DNA from: Candidatus Bathyarchaeia archaeon
Lineage (GTDB): Archaea; Thermoproteota; Bathyarchaeia; TCS64
Assembly: GCA_050014495.1 (NCBI GenBank)
Contig: JBEKDF010000012.1
Span: forward strand, 1-64,000
Length of the DNA stretch: 64,000 nucleotides
Direction: 5' to 3'
Under the pieces are notes generated by a model. The model was given only the letters and a program-made list of their open reading frames with translations. It ran no database searches and was not told the origin of the DNA. Positions 18,595 through 28,377 of the stretch are shown piece after piece (the first letter of the stretch is position 1; every line of letters starts with the position of its first letter). The position numbers were made by a program, and so were the translations under genes.

Positions 18595-19230
18595 ATGTCA
18601 TCTGACGAGGAGACTCTCCAACAAATAATTAATGACGCAACTGATGAACTCCAGGCCCGCGAGAAGGCGAGGGACGAGGCCCTCGCTAGGGCAAGGAAGG
18701 CGCGCCAACTGAGCAAACAAGCCATCCTCCTCGACCACAATAAGGAACCTAACCGCGCTCAATCCAATCTAGATGAGGCTCGCCACCTCCTCGACGAGAC
18801 GAAGCCCCACATTCAAGCTCACCCAGAACTCGATCAGTACGAGGAAGTCGAGGCAGCTCACGAAGAACACGCCGAGGCGACTATACTTCACTGTCTTCTC
18901 ACCAAAGACAACTTCCCAACATTGGAGCAAGCTGCTGCCACGTCAACCCGATACATTCTAGGCCTTGGAGATGTTCCTGGAGAACTTCGCCGCGAGGCCC
19001 TCGACTCACTAAGAACCGGTGACCTCCAAAAAGCGGAGTATCAACTAAACAGGATGGAACAGATCTACCTCCACCTAGTTGCCATGGAGGATGCAAGCCT
19101 ACTTAAAGGCCTGAGACGCAAACTCGATATCACACGTGGAGTCATTGAGGCAACGCGGAGTGAGGTTACAGCCGAGACAGGCCGAAGACGACTAAGCGAC
19201 CAACTCAAAGAGCTGACAAAACGACCATAA
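18595..19230 (+). CDS. Archaeal translin/TRAX (C3PO-like) protein
   Basis: All-helical; EEHAEA, YILGLGDVPGELRR and GLRRKLD motifs. Confidence 0.85.
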   Translation: MSSDEETLQQIINDATDELQAREKARDEALARARKARQLSKQAILLDHNKEPNRAQSNLDEARHLLDETKPHIQAHPELDQYEEVEAAHEEHAEATILHCLLTKDNFPTLEQAAATSTRYILGLGDVPGELRREALDSLRTGDLQKAEYQLNRMEQIYLHLVAMEDASLLKGLRRKLDITRGVIEATRSEVTAETGRRRLSDQLKELTKRP

Positions 19231-19362
19231 ACAGCCCAAACGTTTCCCTCAACCCTTATAAATATCCCCAACCAACCTCAACCAGCTAAAAGGGAAGAAT
19301 GAGACTATTGTGTCAGATAGTCTAAGCCTAGAGATAGTAACCCACCTAGCGGAGACAAAATT

Positions 19363-20835
19363 TTGGAGGAACAAACCGTGACCACAGGCAAGATACAGTT
19401 ATATGATACGATGACCCGCTCGAAGCGCCTCTTCGAGCCGTTAGAATCAGGAAAGGTCAAGATGTATGCCTGTGGGCCAACCGTCTACGGTGACCCACAT
19501 ATAGGTAACTTCAGGAGCTTCGTCTCTATAGACCTCCTCCGCCGCTGGCTCGAATATCGCGACTACGATGTCACCATGGTTATGAACATCACAGACATCG
19601 ACGACAAGACGATACGCGACTCAGCTAAGGCTGGTGAGCCTATCAGGCTATTCACCCAGAGATACACACGCAGCTTCTTACACGGTCTAGACCTACTCAA
19701 CATTCGCCGAGCCACAGCAAACCCACGCGCTACAGAATACATCCCCCAAATGATATCCTTCATTCAACAACTCGTCGAAAAGGGAGCAGCCTACATTGCA
19801 GAGGACGGTGTCTATTTCGACATAGACAAGTACCCAGACTATGGCTGCTTAAGCGGAATGGACCTCACACAATCTCAGACTACAGAGCGGATGTCAAAGG
19901 ACGAATATGACAAAGAGTCAGCCCAGGACTTTGCACTGTGGAAGAGAAGCACGCAAGATGAACTTATACGAAGCGAATCAGAACCAGAACTAGCTTGGGA
20001 TAGTCCTTGGGGTAAGGGTCGTCCCGGTTGGCATATAGAGTGCAGCGTGATGACACAGGACCTCCTCGGTGACACACTCGACATCCACGCCGGCGGTGAG
20101 GACCTAGTCTTCCCGCATCACACTAATGAGATAGCACAGAGTGAGACCCTTACTGGTAAGCAATTTGTTAGGTATTGGGTCCACATCCGTCACCTAATGA
20201 TAAACGGAAGGAAGATGAGTAAGAGCCTCGGAAACTACATTGGCTTCGAAGAGGTCCTAGCAAAATATAGCCCCGACGCATTCCGATACTTTTACCTAGC
20301 CACCCATTACCGCCGACCTCTCGACTACACGGACGATGCGATGAAGAGCGCAGAGGGCTCAGCGAAAAGATTGGAGAACACCCTTGATCTCCTTGAAACT
20401 GCACAGAAAGCGGCAGACACGAACCTCGATCTCGGTCCACGTGAGCGAAGGGTTTTAGAAGACGTAGAGAAGCAGCGCGCTTCCTTCGAGACCGCTATGG
20501 ACGACGATCTGGACAGCCACACAGCCATAGACGCCCTTCATGCCATGAGTGGGACCATAAACGATTACCTCACAACTACTCCAAATAAGGGGGTCACCCT
20601 CAGGGTGTACATGATATACCGTAAACTCCTTGATGCCCTTGGTCTCTTTGAAAAACGGGGTGGAGGAACGGACAAACTCACAGAGGACCTCATCAAGACG
20701 CTCATCGACTTACGCAATCATTACAGGAAGGACAAGAACTTCAAGGGTGCTGATGAAATCAGAAACAGACTAACCTCCTTGGGCGTCAGCCTCACTGACA
20801 ATGCTGAGGGCACCACTTGGAAGATCTTGAAGTAG
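19363..20835 (+). CDS. cysS: Cysteine--tRNA ligase
   Basis: YACGPTVY, HIGN, GRPGWHIECS, FPHH, KMSKS. Confidence 0.97.
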   Translation: MEEQTVTTGKIQLYDTMTRSKRLFEPLESGKVKMYACGPTVYGDPHIGNFRSFVSIDLLRRWLEYRDYDVTMVMNITDIDDKTIRDSAKAGEPIRLFTQRYTRSFLHGLDLLNIRRATANPRATEYIPQMISFIQQLVEKGAAYIAEDGVYFDIDKYPDYGCLSGMDLTQSQTTERMSKDEYDKESAQDFALWKRSTQDELIRSESEPELAWDSPWGKGRPGWHIECSVMTQDLLGDTLDIHAGGEDLVFPHHTNEIAQSETLTGKQFVRYWVHIRHLMINGRKMSKSLGNYIGFEEVLAKYSPDAFRYFYLATHYRRPLDYTDDAMKSAEGSAKRLENTLDLLETAQKAADTNLDLGPRERRVLEDVEKQRASFETAMDDDLDSHTAIDALHAMSGTINDYLTTTPNKGVTLRVYMIYRKLLDALGLFEKRGGGTDKLTEDLIKTLIDLRNHYRKDKNFKGADEIRNRLTSLGVSLTDNAEGTTWKILK

Positions 20836-20917
20836 AGAGATCATCCCTAAACGCGCAGGCATCATTTCAAGCTACCGATGCGGATAAGTTAAAAAAAAGT
20901 GCAAAAAAAGATCTCGC

Positions 20918-22381
20918 TTAGCTACTCACCATCTTCTGAAGCATCATTGCCCCTGCCTCACGGACCTTTCCCACGAGTAGATCGAAGTCCTCTCTCTTAC
21001 TCCTGTGGTTCACGACGCACACCCTCAAAGCTAATTTACCCCCGAGCTTTGTGTCGGAGATCATAGCGGCCCCCATCCCCATAAGCATCATCGGCAGCTT
21101 CGAATTCAACTCATTCAATACCTCATCGGATAATCCAGGAGATCTGTACCTGAAACAGACAACATTCGAAGCAACAGGCGCCATGAGTTCTAGCTCCTGA
21201 GTCGCCCCGATTAGACCCGCGAGGTACTTCGCCTGGTCACAATTCTGCTGAACCAGCCGCCCATACTTGTTTAACCCATGTTCCTTGATGCCCATCCAGA
21301 CCTTCAGACTACGGAAGTACCTGCTAACCTGAAGACCATAGTCTGTCCTCATCTTCATCGTTGCGGCGTTACCAAAATAATCAGGGTGTTCAGCGAAGGT
21401 CTTGTAGTGATCCTCCTCTCGTCGGATAAGGGTACAGGCAATGTCGAAAGGCATGTACATCCACTTATGGAGATCGAAGGCGAGGGAGTCAGCCCTATCT
21501 ATTCCCTTGACCAGGGGCTTGGTACTGCCCCCTATAGCGGCCCAAGCCCCGAAAGCACCATCAACATGGAACCAGAGACTCTCCCTCTGACATAAGTCCG
21601 CGAGAGCCAATAGATCATCGAAGGAGCCGGTGTTCGTCGTGCCAGCGTTACCCACAACGCAGAATGGCTGAAGCCCCGCCTCTTTATCCTTCCTGACCTC
21701 CTCCTCCAAAGCATTTACCTTGATACGATAATCGCCATCAACAGGTATCTTCCTGAAGTTCTCCTCCCCGAGACCGAGAAGCTGAACAGTCTTATCAATA
21801 CAGACATGTGTCTCCGTCGAGCCATAGATGATCATAGTCTTCTGTGCAGCACCCTGCCCCTTCTTCCTGACATCAAATCCAGCCTTAGTGTTGCGAGCAA
21901 CGGCTAGACCGAGGAGATTAGCCTCAGATCCGCCCCCCACAAGGAGTCCACTAGCCCCCTTTGGGAAGCCGAACACTCCTTTGAACCACTCAAGGACCTG
22001 CGTCTCCATTAGGACAGGCGCAAACGGGCCGCCGGGCATATTGAAGTTGATGCCCGTCGCGAGCATCTCAGCCAGCGCTCCCTGAGCCGTACCAGTGCCC
22101 ACAACCCAACCCCAGAAACGTGAATGAGTGTTCAGCCCCATGTGGGTACCCAAAACACCTTCCTTGAAGTCCTCATACGCCTTCTCGATTCCCTCAGGCT
22201 CAAATGGTATAGGCTTCATGAAGGCAGCGGCCATCTGCTCATTGATAGGCATCGCTGGGGGCCTCTGTCTCACAGTGGCGAGGTGGTCTATCATGTCGTC
22301 CACCATCCGGTGGCCGAGCACCTTTAGCTCATCCCAGTCCTCTGGGTCTAGTGTCTCCTCAATTCGTCGCTCATCTACCAT
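20918..22381 (-). CDS. Group II PLP-dependent amino acid decarboxylase
   Basis: GGSEAN, AGTTNTG.FD, WFHVDGAFG, DLHKW (PLP lysine). Confidence 0.92.
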   Translation of the reverse strand: MVDERRIEETLDPEDWDELKVLGHRMVDDMIDHLATVRQRPPAMPINEQMAAAFMKPIPFEPEGIEKAYEDFKEGVLGTHMGLNTHSRFWGWVVGTGTAQGALAEMLATGINFNMPGGPFAPVLMETQVLEWFKGVFGFPKGASGLLVGGGSEANLLGLAVARNTKAGFDVRKKGQGAAQKTMIIYGSTETHVCIDKTVQLLGLGEENFRKIPVDGDYRIKVNALEEEVRKDKEAGLQPFCVVGNAGTTNTGSFDDLLALADLCQRESLWFHVDGAFGAWAAIGGSTKPLVKGIDRADSLAFDLHKWMYMPFDIACTLIRREEDHYKTFAEHPDYFGNAATMKMRTDYGLQVSRYFRSLKVWMGIKEHGLNKYGRLVQQNCDQAKYLAGLIGATQELELMAPVASNVVCFRYRSPGLSDEVLNELNSKLPMMLMGMGAAMISDTKLGGKLALRVCVVNHRSKREDFDLLVGKVREAGAMMLQKMVSS

Positions 22382-22485
22382 GAAATCACGATCTAATCAA
22401 TGTTCGGGTAATTTATTAATCAGAGAGGTTAATCTCCGCACCTCCACAAGGCAACTTCATTAAAGCGTCTTGCGAAGATGTAACT

Positions 22486-23832
22486 ATGGAAACTCCTCAG
22501 CTATACTTCCCGCGTGGATTCCTCCTCGGCACAGCAAGCGCCTCGTACCAGATAGAGGGTGCAGTCACAGAGGATGGCAGAGGCCAAAGCATCTGGGACA
22601 CATTCAGTCACACACCAGGTAAGATCGAGGATGCAACAAACGGTGACAATGCCTGTGATCATTACCATCGCTACGAGGAGGACGTCGAACTTATGAAGAA
22701 ATTAGGCGTCAATGCCTATAGGTTCAGCATATCATGGTCAAGGGTCCTCCCGAAGGGTAGGGGGAAGATAAACAACAAGGGGCTCCAGTTCTACAGTAAC
22801 CTCGTTGACTCTCTAATAGACGCGGGGATTACCCCATTCGTTACCCTCTACCACTTCGACCTACCCCAAGCCCTCCAAGATGAGGGGGGAGGCTGGCTGA
22901 GACGAGGCATCGTGGATGACTTCGAGGCCTATGTAGACGCAGTTAGTGTGGAGCTTGGAGACCGAGTCAAGCACTGGGCTACGTTCAATGAGCCATGGGA
23001 ACTCGCCTGGCAGGGTTACGTCACTGGTGAAGACGCTCCAGGACTAAGACTCGGTAACAACGCTGCTCTAAAGGCCAGCCACAATGCCCTACTCGCCCAT
23101 GGCGCAGCCGTCAAGACCCTCAGAGATAACTCATCTAACTCAGAGATCGGTATAGTTCTACACCTCAACATGGTAGAGCCCGCCAGTGAACGCCCCGAAG
23201 ATGTCGCCGCGGCACATAGATGGGAGCTCTGTCAAAACAGGTGGTACATAGACGCCCTTTACAGGGAGAGTTACCCCGCTGAGATGGTCAAACTATTCGG
23301 CAGCGAAGCACCCGAAGTCATCCCAGGTGATATGGAACAGATACAGGAGGGCATCGACTTTCTAGGCATAAACAACTACAGGAGGAGCGTCGTCGCAGCC
23401 GGAACCGACATGCCCCCCATCAACATGAAGAGGATGAGTCCCCCAGGAGAGTACACTGATATGGGCTGGGAGGTTCACCCCGAGGGAATCTACAAGATTC
23501 TCAAGTGGATCCACGCAAATTATCCGGTCCCACTCGTTTATGTCACGGAGAATGGCGCAGCATTCTCCGACAAAGTCTCATCAAAAGGTAAAGTCCACGA
23601 TGATAAGCGTCTTTCCTACCTCAAAGAGCACATTAAGCAGGTCCACAGGGCGATGAGGGAGGGCGTACCAGTGAGGGGGTACTTCGCTTGGAGTACATTG
23701 GATAACTTCGAATGGGCCTACGGCTACAGTAAGCGCTTCGGTGTGATTCACGTCGACTTCGACATCCAGAAAAGGACGATAAAGGACAGCGGCTACTTCC
23801 TCTCAGAGGTGGCTAAGGGACTCAGGGGCTGA
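22486..23832 (+). CDS. Glycoside hydrolase family 1 beta-glucosidase
   Basis: SASYQIEG, YRFSISWSR, catalytic TFNEP and VTENG, DNFEW. Confidence 0.96.
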   Translation: METPQLYFPRGFLLGTASASYQIEGAVTEDGRGQSIWDTFSHTPGKIEDATNGDNACDHYHRYEEDVELMKKLGVNAYRFSISWSRVLPKGRGKINNKGLQFYSNLVDSLIDAGITPFVTLYHFDLPQALQDEGGGWLRRGIVDDFEAYVDAVSVELGDRVKHWATFNEPWELAWQGYVTGEDAPGLRLGNNAALKASHNALLAHGAAVKTLRDNSSNSEIGIVLHLNMVEPASERPEDVAAAHRWELCQNRWYIDALYRESYPAEMVKLFGSEAPEVIPGDMEQIQEGIDFLGINNYRRSVVAAGTDMPPINMKRMSPPGEYTDMGWEVHPEGIYKILKWIHANYPVPLVYVTENGAAFSDKVSSKGKVHDDKRLSYLKEHIKQVHRAMREGVPVRGYFAWSTLDNFEWAYGYSKRFGVIHVDFDIQKRTIKDSGYFLSEVAKGLRG

Positions 23833-24178
23833 ACTTGGGCGAAGAGGTCTAAACTTCTGTACCGAGCTCCGTAGGCTACTGCAGCAGATCCCAAACAAAT
23901 TCTACACAAAAACATTAGAGCTTGCACTAGCCTTAGGCGACGAAGCCTCCTCTACCGCGATCCATGAGACCCTTCACTGCTTCGATTATCGCATGCGCAA
24001 TCCCTCATCCTAGCCCACAAACTCGCAAAGACAGTGTTCCTCAAAATCATATTCATCTATTAGAGAACCTCACAACACATTGTCGCTGCCACCAACGCCA
24101 TTCTGACTCAAATTGAACATGATTTCCCCAATCCAAGGATTTTAATCGCTGAGACCCCGATTCGGTTCGGGGCATCAG

Positions 24179-25636
24179 ATGAGCAACTTGAGTATAGAGA
24201 AGGCTACCGCAGAGAAGTGGGTTGAGGGCAACGCAGCTGAGCTGGCTGAAATGAGTGATAAAATCTTCTCGTATGCCGAGCCAGGTCTACGTGAGTACAA
24301 ATCTTCTAAACTACTTGTAGATTATCTGAGGAGGAACGACTTCGACGTAGAGGTCGGAGTATCTGGTATGCCAACAGCATTCAATTCAGAGTGGGGAGAG
24401 AAGGGCCCAGTAATAGGCTTCTTCGCCGAATACGATGCCACACCAGGCCACAGCCAGAAGGCAGTGCCATGGGAAGAACCCGCAGTACCCTACGGCGCTG
24501 GATTCACTGATGCCCACAACATGCTAGGCGTCGCCTCCTGTTTCGCCGCTGTAGCACTTAAAGAGTCATCCGAGCATCACAACCTGCCCGTCAAGATCAA
24601 GCTTCTGGGTACGCCCGCGGAGAAACTCTGCGTCGGGAAACCCTTCATGGCCCGCGATGGTCTTTTCGAGGGTATGGATGCTCTACTCGCCTGGCACCCA
24701 GGTGGCCCAACAAGCGTCCTCGGCGAAATCTGGCCACTCACTTACATGAGCATGGTATTCGAGTTTAAGGTCGAGTCTGCCTCCGGCGGCCAGAGCGGGG
24801 ACGTGAGCTACCCCGGCGCCCTCGATGCAGCTGTCATCATGTACAATAACGTCAACATGATGAAGGAGCACATGCCAGCACTAATGCGCCGCGGAGGTAG
24901 CATCAACGAGTTCGTCATGACAGGCGGCCAGTGTACAGTCAGCACACCCGATTTTAGTCAGTTGGTCTACGCATGGAGGACAGAAAACTTACCCGACCAA
25001 GACGAAATAAGAAGGGTCATTGAGCGCTGCGCGCAGGGGGCAGCTATCGTGGCTGCCTGTAAGGTCGATCCCCGCCTGATAACCGCTGTGAGGACGGGCC
25101 TACCAAACACGACTATGACGAACATAGTCCTTGCAAACCTAAAGGAGCACGGTCCAAACAAGTATAATGATGAGGACAAAGCCTTCGCGAGGGAGATCCA
25201 GCGAAATCTGGGCATGAAGGAGACTGAGCAGCCCTACGACGTCTCCATTGTTGAGCCAGATAAGGCATACGGTGCATTTCACCCCGCCGATGACGTCAAT
25301 GAGTTTACCTGGCATGCCCCAACTGCCCGCCTCTATGTGAGTAAAGCGATGGCTCCGGGATTCAGATATCCTCGCTGGGTCGAGTCAGCACTCTGTAGCA
25401 TGGGAGCGACTCATCGCATGGGAGAAACAGCGGCAAGCGTCCTTGCTGCTAGCGCAATCGACCTCTTAAAGAGGCCCGAAGCGCTAAAGGCGGCGAAAAC
25501 CGAGTTTGATAAGAGGCGTTCTGAGCACTGGGAGAAGCCGCTTATGCCAACTGGTCTCAAGCCTCCAGTGAGCCTGCACTGGCCGGAGTGGGTTAGTCGC
25601 CCAGGATCTGAGTGGTGGATACCTTCTCCAAGCTAG
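24179..25636 (+). CDS. M20 family amidohydrolase (AbgB/aminobenzoyl-glutamate hydrolase subunit B-like)
   Basis: GMPTAF, AEYDA, HNMLG, GTPAEK, WHP motifs. Confidence 0.8.
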   Translation: MSNLSIEKATAEKWVEGNAAELAEMSDKIFSYAEPGLREYKSSKLLVDYLRRNDFDVEVGVSGMPTAFNSEWGEKGPVIGFFAEYDATPGHSQKAVPWEEPAVPYGAGFTDAHNMLGVASCFAAVALKESSEHHNLPVKIKLLGTPAEKLCVGKPFMARDGLFEGMDALLAWHPGGPTSVLGEIWPLTYMSMVFEFKVESASGGQSGDVSYPGALDAAVIMYNNVNMMKEHMPALMRRGGSINEFVMTGGQCTVSTPDFSQLVYAWRTENLPDQDEIRRVIERCAQGAAIVAACKVDPRLITAVRTGLPNTTMTNIVLANLKEHGPNKYNDEDKAFAREIQRNLGMKETEQPYDVSIVEPDKAYGAFHPADDVNEFTWHAPTARLYVSKAMAPGFRYPRWVESALCSMGATHRMGETAASVLAASAIDLLKRPEALKAAKTEFDKRRSEHWEKPLMPTGLKPPVSLHWPEWVSRPGSEWWIPSPS

Positions 25637-25679
25637 GTATGACAAAGTTTTTGCCGGTCGAACCCAAGTCACAAATGAA

Positions 25680-26525
25680 GTGTCCCAATTGAATCCCTAC
25701 AATGATTATGGAAGACGCATTGAGGAACAGATACGCCCCGCTAGCTACACTCTTGCAATAAAGATGCTGAGGACCCCCGAAGATGTTCCGCAGGGAGCTG
25801 AGAGGCCAAAACGCGACTACGGAGCCTGTATGTCGACCTGTCAGTGCTTCTCTCTATCCCGAAAGTTCGGTAAAACCGTTGCCCAACTTTTCGAGGACAT
25901 GTGGTGCCCAGAGCCCGTCATAGGTTTCGGCCTCGTCGAGCCCCCCAGCAATTTCCTGGCCGGCGAGACACGCTACCCGGATGGAGTCGCCTCGCTTGAG
26001 GCTGGTGCTAACTGGGCTCGCGAGATGCCAAGGCTCAAAGTCGGTGAGTACATAGGTGTAGTATCAGCGCCGTTAAAGACTGCGAGTTTCGAGCCCGACG
26101 CCGCGGTGATCTACTGCAACTCGGCCCAGCTACTAAAGCTACTACTCGGTATAGCATACAGGGATGGGAGGGACATCACAACCGTCCTCGGCGGACACTC
26201 AGCATGCGTCTACTCCGTTGTTCCAAGCCTTACAAAGAATGAGTGTCAGGTATCAGTCCCCTGTAGAGGTGACAGAGGATATGCAGGTGCCCAGGATGAC
26301 GAGATGATCTTCACAGCCCCAAAGAGCAAGATAAGTGAACTCGCCTACGGCCTCGAGCAGAGGGGGACGAGTAGCCTCCCAACTAGGTTCACGATGTCTC
26401 CAGAGTACAAACTCTCAAAGGGCTACGCAGAGGCAGCACGCCGGATGGGTCAGAAACGAGCGGATGGCTCAGAGATAATTGGATTCGACGAGAAGGATCG
26501 TTTACTATCACTCCAGTATCGTTAA
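25680..26525 (+). CDS. DUF169 family protein (second paralog)
   Basis: LAIKM, TCQ, MWCP, FEPDAAVIYCN, PCRGDR. Confidence 0.85.
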   Translation: MSQLNPYNDYGRRIEEQIRPASYTLAIKMLRTPEDVPQGAERPKRDYGACMSTCQCFSLSRKFGKTVAQLFEDMWCPEPVIGFGLVEPPSNFLAGETRYPDGVASLEAGANWAREMPRLKVGEYIGVVSAPLKTASFEPDAAVIYCNSAQLLKLLLGIAYRDGRDITTVLGGHSACVYSVVPSLTKNECQVSVPCRGDRGYAGAQDDEMIFTAPKSKISELAYGLEQRGTSSLPTRFTMSPEYKLSKGYAEAARRMGQKRADGSEIIGFDEKDRLLSLQYR

Positions 26526-26532
26526 AAAAAGG

Positions 26533-28377
26533 CTAAGTGGATCTCGTGGAGGCCTCTGTTGAGGCCGAGTCCCCAGCCATTCCACTCTCTTCCTTAAACT
26601 GCATCTTGTAGAACGAAGAGTATAACCCACCGCTAGCCATCAGGACGAAATGGGATCCACGCTCCACGACCACACCATGATCGATCACCAATATTTCGTC
26701 GCAGAGCCTGATAGTTGACAGTCTGTGTGCGATGAGGATGGCCATCCTGTTCGCAAGAAGGGCCTTTAGCGCGTTCTGGATGACTAACTCAGTGTACGGG
26801 TCGATGCTTGATGTGGCCTCATCGAGTATGAGGAGATCTGGATCCATCAGTAGAGTCCTAGCGAAGCTGATGAGCTGCCTCTGCCCGATAGAGATGTTGC
26901 TCGACCCCTCCTTCAGGATGTAGTCGTATCCGCCTGGGAGCTTCATTATGAAGTCGTGAGCCCCAACCGACTTCGCAGCTGCCACGACCTCGTCGTCGCT
27001 CGATTCAGGCTTACCGAACCGGATGTTATCCCTGACGCTCATCGCGAATAGGAACGAGTCTTGGAGAACTATGCTCATATGGGCCCGCAGAGACTCCGTT
27101 GTGATATCCTTCATGTTATGCCCGTTGATGAGAACCTCACCTCCGAGCGGCATGTAGAACTTGGAGATTAAGTTGATGATCGTGCTCTTACCCGCCCCTG
27201 TTGGACCGACGAATGCCATCTTCTTGCCCTTCGAGAGGGTGAAGGAGATGTTCTTGAGCACTGGAATGTTCTTGTCGTATCCGAAGGTTACATCGTCGAA
27301 CTCGACCTCCTCGATATGTTCTATATTGATAGCTGTTTCCTGAGAAGGCTCCTGTATCTCAACCGTTGTATCTATGAGGTCAAACATCCTCTCGATGGCG
27401 GACATAGAAGACTGGTACTGGTCCCACTGAGTTATGAGGTCGAGTAGAGGTTGGAAGTACTGGAACTGGTACTCTGTGAAAGCGACTAGTATACCAATCG
27501 TGATCTCTCCAGACATAGCCATTACTGCACCGAAGTAGAGGATCAAAATCGTCCCGATGATTCTCATTATAAGTAAAACGGGTTGGTACGAGCTTGAGAT
27601 AGCAACTGTTCGTATACTTGTTCTGTATACCTTGTCCTGTGTATCTACGAAGCCTTTGGACGTCCTCTCCTCCTGAGTGAAGGCCTTGATAACCTTGATG
27701 CCCGATAGGTTCTCCTGGATCTTCGCTACCATGCCAGAGGTGTAAAGGAGAACCCTCCTGTAGTACTTCCTCGATATCTTCCCAAGGCTCCAAGCCAATA
27801 TAACAGCAAACGGGAGAATTGATACAGCGATCAGCGCCAGTTTCGTGTTGATGAAGAATATAATCAGAAGAGAGCCGACTATCGACGACACGTCGAGCAC
27901 TATCTGAGCCAACCCCTGCCTGATGAATATACGAACGACGTTCGCATCGTTCACCGGCCTCGATAGAATCCTGCCCAGCTCCCCCTCCGAGAAGTACCTG
28001 AGGGAGATCTGCTGGAGCTTTCTGATCATCTGGTCCCTCATCTTCGCGACGACGTTCTCGCCGACTATCCTCATCTGGTATATCTGGGTGTACTGTACTA
28101 GGTAGTGCGCCGCTGTGACAAATAGGAAGATCGGGATCCACCACATGAATCCTGAGAGGTCCTTAGGCGTGATAATATCGTCAATCACCACGAGGTGGAG
28201 ATAGGGTATGGTGAGTGAGGTCACGGCCGTCATGACGATTGTCGACATGCCAATGAGGAAGTTCCTTCTGAAGCCCTCTGCGTAGTTGTAGAGTCGCTTA
28301 ATCAGGTCTACATCGGAAACCGTTCTCTTCCGGGCTTCCTCCGTCTTCGTCGAGAAATCGCTGAATTCGCGTGACAT
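26533..28377 (-). CDS. ABC exporter half-transporter (TMD-NBD), canonical Walker B subunit
   Basis: GPTGAGKST, ISIGQRQ, ILDEATS, IAHRLS. Confidence 0.95.
   Translation of the reverse strand: MSREFSDFSTKTEEARKRTVSDVDLIKRLYNYAEGFRRNFLIGMSTIVMTAVTSLTIPYLHLVVIDDIITPKDLSGFMWWIPIFLFVTAAHYLVQYTQIYQMRIVGENVVAKMRDQMIRKLQQISLRYFSEGELGRILSRPVNDANVVRIFIRQGLAQIVLDVSSIVGSLLIIFFINTKLALIAVSILPFAVILAWSLGKISRKYYRRVLLYTSGMVAKIQENLSGIKVIKAFTQEERTSKGFVDTQDKVYRTSIRTVAISSSYQPVLLIMRIIGTILILYFGAVMAMSGEITIGILVAFTEYQFQYFQPLLDLITQWDQYQSSMSAIERMFDLIDTTVEIQEPSQETAINIEHIEEVEFDDVTFGYDKNIPVLKNISFTLSKGKKMAFVGPTGAGKSTIINLISKFYMPLGGEVLINGHNMKDITTESLRAHMSIVLQDSFLFAMSVRDNIRFGKPESSDDEVVAAAKSVGAHDFIMKLPGGYDYILKEGSSNISIGQRQLISFARTLLMDPDLLILDEATSSIDPYTELVIQNALKALLANRMAILIAHRLSTIRLCDEILVIDHGVVVERGSHFVLMASGGLYSSFYKMQFKEESGMAGDSASTEASTRST

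Noticed and set aside
23833..24178. Gene in the GH1-amidohydrolase gap (similarly 56560-56790)
   Set aside because: Frames examined are short or broken by stops and have no recognisable similarity
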